The notes under the pieces were generated by a model. The model saw nothing but the letters and a program-made list of their open reading frames with translations. It searched no databases and was not told the origin of the DNA. A stretch of 64,000 bases of DNA, taken from assembly GCA_035504215.1 (NCBI GenBank), contig DATJSI010000050.1, forward strand, positions 8,340-72,339, read 5' to 3'. Below are positions 58,195 through 64,000 of this stretch, one piece after another. The position numbers and the translations under genes were made by a program. The stretch is from Mycobacteriales bacterium. GTDB taxonomy: Bacteria > Actinomycetota > Actinomycetes > JAFAQI01. Positions within the stretch are counted from its first letter, which is position 1; each line of letters begins with the position of its first letter.

Positions 58195-58830
58195 TCATGC
58201 GGTCTCTCCGCGCTCGTTGGCCAGGTTGAGCCCTTCCAGGCTGGCCGGGCCGGCCGCGATGCCCTCGTCCGCACGTCCGTCGGGGAAGCCGGCGAGGATC
58301 CGCTCCGCTTCCTTCCAGGTGCACACCGACGCCGCGCCACGGGTCGGCGTCACCGGCTCGCCCGCCCGCAGCGCGTCGACCAGCTCACGGGCCGACGCCG
58401 GGGTCTGGTTGTCGAAGAACTCCCAGTTGACCATCACCACAGGTGCGTAGTCGCACGCCGCGTTGCACTCAACGTGTTCGAGCGAGACCTTGCCGTCGTC
58501 GGTGACGCCGTTCTGGGTCGAGATGCCGGTGTGCTCCTTCAGCGCGGCGTAGATGGCGTCGCCTCCCATCACGGCGCACAGCGTGTTGGTGCACACGCCG
58601 ACGTGGTAGTCGCCGACCGGGCGCCGCTTGTACATCGTGTAGAAGGTCGACACGGCGCTGACCTCAGCCTTGGTCAGGTCGAGCAGCTCGGCGCACAGCG
58701 CGATCCCTTCCGTGGTGACGTAGCCCTCCTCGCTCTGCACCAGGTGCAGCAAGGGCAGCAACGCCGAGCGCGGCTTCGGATACCGCGCGATGATCTCGGC
58801 CGCCATCCGCCGGGTGTCGTCGCTCAGCAT
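58195..58830 (-). CDS. nuoE: NADH-quinone oxidoreductase subunit E
   Basis: Start [32 protein letters not shown] (ATG 58828-58830 verified). 2Fe-2S thioredoxin-like cysteines. One-nt overlap with the nuoD stop (TGATG). Confidence 0.9.
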   Translation of the reverse strand: MLSDDTRRMAAEIIARYPKPRSALLPLLHLVQSEEGYVTTEGIALCAELLDLTKAEVSAVSTFYTMYKRRPVGDYHVGVCTNTLCAVMGGDAIYAALKEHTGISTQNGVTDDGKVSLEHVECNAACDYAPVVMVNWEFFDNQTPASARELVDALRAGEPVTPTRGAASVCTWKEAERILAGFPDGRADEGIAAGPASLEGLNLANERGETA

Positions 58831-60203
58831 CAGCGGTCCACCCCACCCATGACCGGATCGATGCTCGCCACGCTCGCCACGATGTCCGCGACCATCCCGC
58901 CCTCGGTGACGGCCGGCACGGCCTGCAGGTTGACGAAGCTGGGATCGCGCAGGTGCACGCGGTACGGGCGGGTGCCGCCGTCGGAGACGACGTGCGCACC
59001 GAGCTCGCCGCGCGGCGACTCGACAGGGACGTAGACCTGGCCGGCAGGGACGCGGAAGCCCTCGGTCACCAGCTTGAAGTGGTGGATCAACGCCTCCATC
59101 GACGTACCCATGATCCGGCGGATGTGATCGAGAGAGTTGCCGAGGCCGTCGGAGCCGAGCGCGAGCTGCGCCGGCCAGGCGATCTTCTTGTCCTCGACCA
59201 TCGTCGGACCCGGGCGCAGCCGGTCGAGCGCCTGCTCGATGATCCGCAGCGACTCGCGCATCTCGTTCAGCCGGACCTTGTACCGCGCATAGCAGTCGCC
59301 CGCGGTCTCGATCGGTACGTCGAAGTCGTAGGTGTCGTAGTCGAGCACCGGCATCTCGCGCCGCAGGTCCCACGCCAGCCCCGATGCGCGCAGCAGCGGG
59401 CCGGTAATGCCGAGCTGCATGCAGGACTCGGTGTCGAGGTAGCCGACGCCCTGGGTCCGAGCCATCCAGATCGGGTTGGCCGACAGCAGGTCCTCGTACT
59501 CGTCGACCCGGCTGCGCATCACCGGCACGAACTGGCGGATCGCATCGACGGCGCCCGGCGGGATGTCCTGCGCGACGCCGCCCGGGCGGATGTAGGCATG
59601 GTTCATCCGCAGTCCGGTGATCATCTCGAAGATCTTGCTGATCTCCTCGCGCTCGCGGAACGCCAGCAGCATCGCGGTCAGGGCCCCGAGCTCGAGACCG
59701 CCGGTGCCGAGCCAGACCAGGTGCGAGGAGATCCGCTGCAGCTCAAGCACCAGCACCCGCAGCACCCTCACCCGCTGCGGAATCTGGTCCTCGATGTCCA
59801 GCAGGCGCTCGACCCCGAGGCAGTAGGTCGCCTCGTTGAACATCGGAGACAGGTAGTCGGCGCGGGTGACGAAGGTCACCGCCTGCGTCCAGTTGCGGTA
59901 CTCCATGTTCTTCTCGATGCCGGTGTGCAGGTACCCGATCACCGGCCGGGCGGCCATCACGGTCTCGCCCTCGAGCTCGAGCACGATCCGGAGCACGCCA
60001 TGCGTCGAGGGGTGCTGCGGACCCATGTTGACGACGATCCGCTCGCTCTCCGCCGGGTCGATCGCCGAGACGACGTCCTCCCAGTCACCGCCGCCGACGG
60101 TGAAGACGCGTCCCTCGCCCTCGGGCTCCGCACCGGCGTACGGGTCCGCCTCGTTGTACGTGCTGGTGTACGGCGTTCCCTGGTCGGTTCCGGACTCGGT
60201 CAT
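58830..60203 (-). CDS. nuoD: NADH-quinone oxidoreductase subunit D
   Basis: Start [12 protein letters not shown] (60201-60203). Conserved ...[14 protein letters not shown].... ATGA overlap with the nuoC stop. Confidence 0.92.
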   Translation of the reverse strand: MTESGTDQGTPYTSTYNEADPYAGAEPEGEGRVFTVGGGDWEDVVSAIDPAESERIVVNMGPQHPSTHGVLRIVLELEGETVMAARPVIGYLHTGIEKNMEYRNWTQAVTFVTRADYLSPMFNEATYCLGVERLLDIEDQIPQRVRVLRVLVLELQRISSHLVWLGTGGLELGALTAMLLAFREREEISKIFEMITGLRMNHAYIRPGGVAQDIPPGAVDAIRQFVPVMRSRVDEYEDLLSANPIWMARTQGVGYLDTESCMQLGITGPLLRASGLAWDLRREMPVLDYDTYDFDVPIETAGDCYARYKVRLNEMRESLRIIEQALDRLRPGPTMVEDKKIAWPAQLALGSDGLGNSLDHIRRIMGTSMEALIHHFKLVTEGFRVPAGQVYVPVESPRGELGAHVVSDGGTRPYRVHLRDPSFVNLQAVPAVTEGGMVADIVASVASIDPVMGGVDR

Positions 60204-60904
60204 GCGTAGGACCGCCGCTCGTCGGGTGGCGGCACGGTCGCGCCCTTGTACTCCACCGGGACCCCGCCGAGCGGGTAGTCCTTGCGCTGGGGGTGCCCCG
60301 GCCAGTCGTCCGGCATCTCGATCCGGGTCAGGCCGGGGTGCCCGTCGAAGACGATCCCGAAGAAGTCCCACGTCTCGCGCTCGTGCCAGTTGGCGGTCGG
60401 GTAGACCTCGGTGGCGCTCGGGATGTGCGGATCCTCCGCGGTCACCGACACCTCGAGCCGGATCCGGCGCCGGAAGGTCATCGACAGCAGGTGGTAGACC
60501 GCGTGCAGCCGCCGGCCGGTCGGGTCGTCGGGATAGTCGGCGCCGGAGACCGACGCGCACATCTCGAAGCGCAGCCGCGGGTCGTCGCGCAGCGCCCGGA
60601 GCAGCTCGGCGAGCGGCTCCCGGCGTACGTAGAGCGTCAGCTCGCCGCGATGCACCACGATGCGCTCGATCGCGTCGCCGAAGTCGGGGTAGGCCGACTC
60701 GAGCGCATCGGCGGCCTCGTCGAACCAGCCACCGTAGGGGCGCGGCGAGGACACCAGCTGCGGCGGGCGGACGACCAGCCCGCCGAATCCGGAGGTGTCG
60801 CCGAAGCCGGACGCGCCGAACAGGTCGTGGCGCTTGCCGCCGGCCCCGGTCGGCTCATCGCTCGAGGGCGCCGCGGCGACGCCCTCGTCGGTCGGTTCGG
60901 TCAC
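60200..60904 (-). CDS. nuoC: NADH-quinone oxidoreductase subunit C
   Basis: GTG start overlapping the nuoB TGA (GTGA). Contains [19 protein letters not shown]. Confidence 0.88.
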   Translation of the reverse strand: MTEPTDEGVAAAPSSDEPTGAGGKRHDLFGASGFGDTSGFGGLVVRPPQLVSSPRPYGGWFDEAADALESAYPDFGDAIERIVVHRGELTLYVRREPLAELLRALRDDPRLRFEMCASVSGADYPDDPTGRRLHAVYHLLSMTFRRRIRLEVSVTAEDPHIPSATEVYPTANWHERETWDFFGIVFDGHPGLTRIEMPDDWPGHPQRKDYPLGGVPVEYKGATVPPPDERRSYA

Positions 60905-61509
60905 GATCCGGCTCCCGGTAGGGGCGCGGTGAAGGCGGGCACCTCGGCGTCGTCCGGCACGCCCTTCGAGATCCGGGTGTCCCGCTCGATCGGCTTCTCG
61001 TACGGCGCGGTGCCGCCGAGCTCGGTCCAGTCCGGCTTGCCGCTGATCGGGCCGTTGCGGATCTTCTCGTGCAGCTTGAGGATCGCGTCGAGCAGCATCT
61101 CCGGCCTCGGCGGGCAGCCGGGCAGGTACATGTCGACCGGCACGACGTGGTCGACGCCCTGCACGATCGCGTAGTTGTTGAACATGCCGCCGCTGCTCGC
61201 GCAGACGCCCATCGCGAGCACCCACTTGGGCTCGGGCATCTGGTCGTAGATCTGGCGCAGAACCGGCGCCATCTTCTGCGACACCCGGCCGGCGACAATC
61301 ATCAGGTCGGCCTGGCGAGGGGACGCGCTGAAGCGTTCCATCCCGAACCGAGCGATGTCGAAGCGCGGGCCACCGACCGCCATCATCTCGATCGCGCAGC
61401 AGGCCAGGCCGAACTGCGCCGGCCAGACCGAGTTCTTCCGCGCGGTGTTGAGCACCTTGGCGACGGTGGTCAGCAGGATCCCGTCGGGGATCTTCTCCTC
61501 GATGCCCAT
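60901..61509 (-). CDS. nuoB: NADH-quinone oxidoreductase subunit B
   Basis: 202 aa with [19 protein letters not shown] and GCPPRPE. Confidence 0.93.
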   Translation of the reverse strand: MGIEEKIPDGILLTTVAKVLNTARKNSVWPAQFGLACCAIEMMAVGGPRFDIARFGMERFSASPRQADLMIVAGRVSQKMAPVLRQIYDQMPEPKWVLAMGVCASSGGMFNNYAIVQGVDHVVPVDMYLPGCPPRPEMLLDAILKLHEKIRNGPISGKPDWTELGGTAPYEKPIERDTRISKGVPDDAEVPAFTAPLPGAGS

Positions 61510-61515
61510 GTCAGC

Positions 61516-61866
61516 TCAGTCCCACTCGAGACCGCCGCGCCGCCACACGTAGGCGTAGATCACGAACACGGCGCCGATGAAAAGGATCATCTCGACCAAG
61601 CCGAACAACCCGAGGGCGTTGAAATGCACGGCCCACGGGTAGATGAACACGATCTCGATGTCGAAGACGATGAACAGCATTGCGGTCGTGTAGTACTTCA
61701 CCGGGAGCCGGTGGCCGCGGAATGCCTGAGGCGTCGGCTCGATGCCGCACTCGTAGGACTCGAGCTTCGCGCGGTTGAACCGCTTCGGCCCGGCAAGGGA
61801 CCCGGCCACGATCGAAAACACCGCGAAGCCGGCACCGATGAGGGCCAGGATCAGGATCGGGACCAC
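61516..61866 (-). CDS. nuoA: NADH-quinone oxidoreductase subunit A
   Basis: 116 aa with three TM helices and ...KLESYECGIEP... Confidence 0.9.
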   Translation of the reverse strand: MVPILILALIGAGFAVFSIVAGSLAGPKRFNRAKLESYECGIEPTPQAFRGHRLPVKYYTTAMLFIVFDIEIVFIYPWAVHFNALGLFGLVEMILFIGAVFVIYAYVWRRGGLEWD

Positions 61867-61934
61867 GATGTCCTCCTTCGCGACGTCTCGGCGGTCAAAC
61901 CCACGAAAGTCTAGGTGGCGCGCTCACGCCCGGA

Positions 61935-63203
61935 TCACGCGGCCGGGGTCAATCGGTTGAGGCCGGCGATGATGCGGTCCGCCGCGTCGCCGCCGCGGGG
62001 CTCGGAGAGGTTGGCGAGCAGCTTCAGGCAGAACCGCATGAGCGCGGGGTGCGGGAGCCCGTGGCGGGTGCACAGCTTCATCACGGACGGGTGCCCGATC
62101 GCCTTTACGAAGATCCGCCCGATCGTGTAGTAGCCGCCGTAGGTCTCCTCGAGCGCCGCCGGATACCCCTCGAGCACCCGTTCGCGGCGCGGTCCTTCCG
62201 GCTCGGCGAGCGCGAGCGCGACCAGCTCGGCGGCGAGCCGCCCGGACTCCATCGCGTAGGCGATCCCCTCGCCGTTCATCGGGTTGACCATCCCGCCGGC
62301 ATCGCCGACCAGAAGGGCGCCGTCGGCGTAGTGCGGCTTGCGGTTGAACGCCATCGGCAGTGCCGCTCCACGAGTCGGGCCGACCGAGTTCTCCTCGGTG
62401 AAGCCCCACTCCTCGGGCAGCGAGGCGCACCAGCGATCGAGCATGGCGCGGTAGTCGGTCTTGCCGAACGCGTCCGAGGTGTTCAGGATGCCGAGCCCGA
62501 CGTTGCTGGTGCCGTCACCGACGCCGAACACCCAGCCGTAGCCCGGCAGCAGCCGGCTCTGGCCGATCGCGCCGTCCCACAGCTCGAGCCAGGACTCCAG
62601 CCAGTCGTCGTCGTGGCGCGGACTGCGGAAGTACCGGCGGTAGGCGACCCCCATCGGCCGGTCCTCGCGGCGCTGGCGGCCGAGCGCGAGCGACAGCCGC
62701 GAGCTGTTGCCGTCGGCGACCAGCGTGATCGGCGCCCGGAAGCGGCGTCCGTCCTTGGTGGCCACGCCGACGATTCGCCCGGTGCGCTCCTCGCGCACCG
62801 GATCGATCACGGTGGTCTGCTCGTAGACCTGCGCGCCGGCCTTCTGGGCGGCGCGGGCGAGCACCTCGTCGAAGTCCAGCCGCGGGCGGACCAATCCGTA
62901 CGACGGATAGCTCGCGAGATCCGGCCACGGGATCTCGAGCCGCATCCCACCACCGATGATGCGCAGCCCTTTGTTCGCGATCCAGCCATCGGCCGGCTCG
63001 GTCGGGATGCCCATGGCGACCAGCTGCTTCACCGCACGCGGAGTGAGCCCGTCGCCGCAGACCTTCTCCCGCGGAAACTGCGACTTCTCGGCCACGATGA
63101 CGTCCAGCCCGGCCTGGGCCAGCCAGTATGCCGCGGTCGAACCGCCGGGGCCGGCGCCGACCACGACGACGTCCGCGTCGTAGTCCGCATGCTGCGTGCT
63201 CAT
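61935..63203 (-). CDS. geranylgeranyl reductase family FAD-dependent oxidoreductase (menaquinone side-chain reductase-like)
   Basis: Start MSTQHADYDADVVVVGAGPGGSTAAYWLA (ATG 63201-63203), an FAD-binding Rossmann fold. The long body is typical of the geranylgeranyl reductase family. Confidence 0.75.
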   Translation of the reverse strand: MSTQHADYDADVVVVGAGPGGSTAAYWLAQAGLDVIVAEKSQFPREKVCGDGLTPRAVKQLVAMGIPTEPADGWIANKGLRIIGGGMRLEIPWPDLASYPSYGLVRPRLDFDEVLARAAQKAGAQVYEQTTVIDPVREERTGRIVGVATKDGRRFRAPITLVADGNSSRLSLALGRQRREDRPMGVAYRRYFRSPRHDDDWLESWLELWDGAIGQSRLLPGYGWVFGVGDGTSNVGLGILNTSDAFGKTDYRAMLDRWCASLPEEWGFTEENSVGPTRGAALPMAFNRKPHYADGALLVGDAGGMVNPMNGEGIAYAMESGRLAAELVALALAEPEGPRRERVLEGYPAALEETYGGYYTIGRIFVKAIGHPSVMKLCTRHGLPHPALMRFCLKLLANLSEPRGGDAADRIIAGLNRLTPAA

Positions 63204-63235
63204 GATCTCCTGCTCGTGAAACCGTTCACATGAGT

Positions 63236-63943
63236 CTAGTGACGGGCCGGGCCGGTGCGGGTCGCGCGATGCATGGCCACGGCTCCGAACGACAGCGTCC
63301 GCCAACCCACTGCGGTCCATCCGGCCGCGGCCAGGCGGGCGCTGACCTCGGCCGGCGCCGGCCACTGCGCGACCGACTCGGCGAGGTAGTCATACGCCTG
63401 GGCGTCGCCGGTGACCAACGCCGCCAGCCGCGGGAGGACGTGGGTCACGTAGAAGCGATGACCCGCGCGGAACGGCTCTCGCCGCGGCGCACTCGTCTCC
63501 AGCACCACGAGGCGTCCGCCCGGTCGGGTGACCCGAGCCAGCTCGGTCAGCGCGAGATCGACGTCGGCCACGTTGCGCAAGCCGAAGGAGATCGTCACGG
63601 CGTCGAACCCGCCGGCGGAGAACGGGAGCGCAAGAGCGTCCCCCGCGGCGAACTCGAGCGACGGGTGGCGGCGGCGGCCGACCGAGAGCATCCCGAGCGA
63701 GAAGTCGCAAGCCACCACGGATGCGCCGCGCCGCTGGATCGGCACTGCGCTGGCACCGGTTCCGGCGGCCAGGTCGAGCACGCGGTCACCCGGGTTCACC
63801 TCGAGCGCGTCGGCCACCAACTCCCGCCAGCGCCGCTCCTGCCCGAGCGTCATCACCGCGTTCATGCGGTCATAGCGGTCGGCGACCGCGTCGAACATCC
63901 CGGCAACCTCGCGCGGCTGCCGGTCCAGGTGAGCCCGGGGCAC
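63236..63943 (-). CDS. demethylmenaquinone/ubiquinone methyltransferase (UbiE/MenG family)
   Basis: 235 aa. MFDAVADRYDRMNAVMTLGQERRWR matches the UbiE N-terminal signature. SAM motif VLDLAAGTG. GTG start; an alternative start is possible. Confidence 0.85.
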   Translation of the reverse strand: MPRAHLDRQPREVAGMFDAVADRYDRMNAVMTLGQERRWRELVADALEVNPGDRVLDLAAGTGASAVPIQRRGASVVACDFSLGMLSVGRRRHPSLEFAAGDALALPFSAGGFDAVTISFGLRNVADVDLALTELARVTRPGGRLVVLETSAPRREPFRAGHRFYVTHVLPRLAALVTGDAQAYDYLAESVAQWPAPAEVSARLAAAGWTAVGWRTLSFGAVAMHRATRTGPARH

Positions 63944-64000
63944 GGGGTCATTTTCGCGAGCCCGGGGCGCGACTCGCGCGGCGGGGCGGCTCGCCCCGGT

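Noticed and set aside
58831-61225. N-terminal extensions of the nuoE (to 59373), nuoD (to 60560) and nuoC (to 61225) ORFs
   Set aside because: The conserved N-termini ([24 protein letters not shown]) start at overlap-coupled start codons. The extensions are R/G/P-rich and overlap the upstream nuo genes.

Overview
High-GC (~70%) actinobacterial chromosome segment with three parts.

**1..12.9 kb and 16.9..29.3 kb: translation/transcription super-locus, all on the minus strand.** It contains the S10-spc ribosomal-protein genes (rplF partial through rpsJ), the str operon (rpsL-rpsG-fusA-tuf), rpoB-rpoC, rplK-rplA, rplJ-rplL, nusG-secE and tRNA-Trp. Several of these proteins carry long low-complexity tails.

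**~13.2..16.4 kb: the most unusual feature.** Between rpsL and rpoC lies a 3.2-kb insertion bounded by 27-bp perfect inverted repeats. It carries an IS1-family-like transposase plus passenger genes:
- a 50-aa transmembrane peptide, translationally coupled (GTGA) to a small K/R-rich protein
- a DUF3800 protein
- a DUF3892 protein, convergent with an unknown 109-aa ORF
- AT-rich promoter regions with a repeated 14-bp motif

This is a candidate cargo-carrying IS with a possible toxin/defence-like module.

**29.4..64 kb: accessory and respiratory genes.**
- Accessory genes: aminotransferase, patatin, TetR-MFS, MaoC dehydratase, Tat-signal flavin amine oxidase, SRPBCC, PhyH, YajQ, CorA, AtuA-like, GNAT.
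- rpmG with tRNA-Met, tRNA-Thr and tRNA-Tyr; a ~400-bp complex tandem-repeat array (68-bp units interleaved with 26-bp hairpins) abuts and overlaps the rpmG stop.
- An orphan nuoB/nuoC/nuoI-like mini-operon.
- The full nuoA-N operon, flanked by menaquinone genes (polyprenyl synthase, geranylgeranyl reductase, UbiE/MenG).

Hand-derived coordinates may be off by 1-3 nt.
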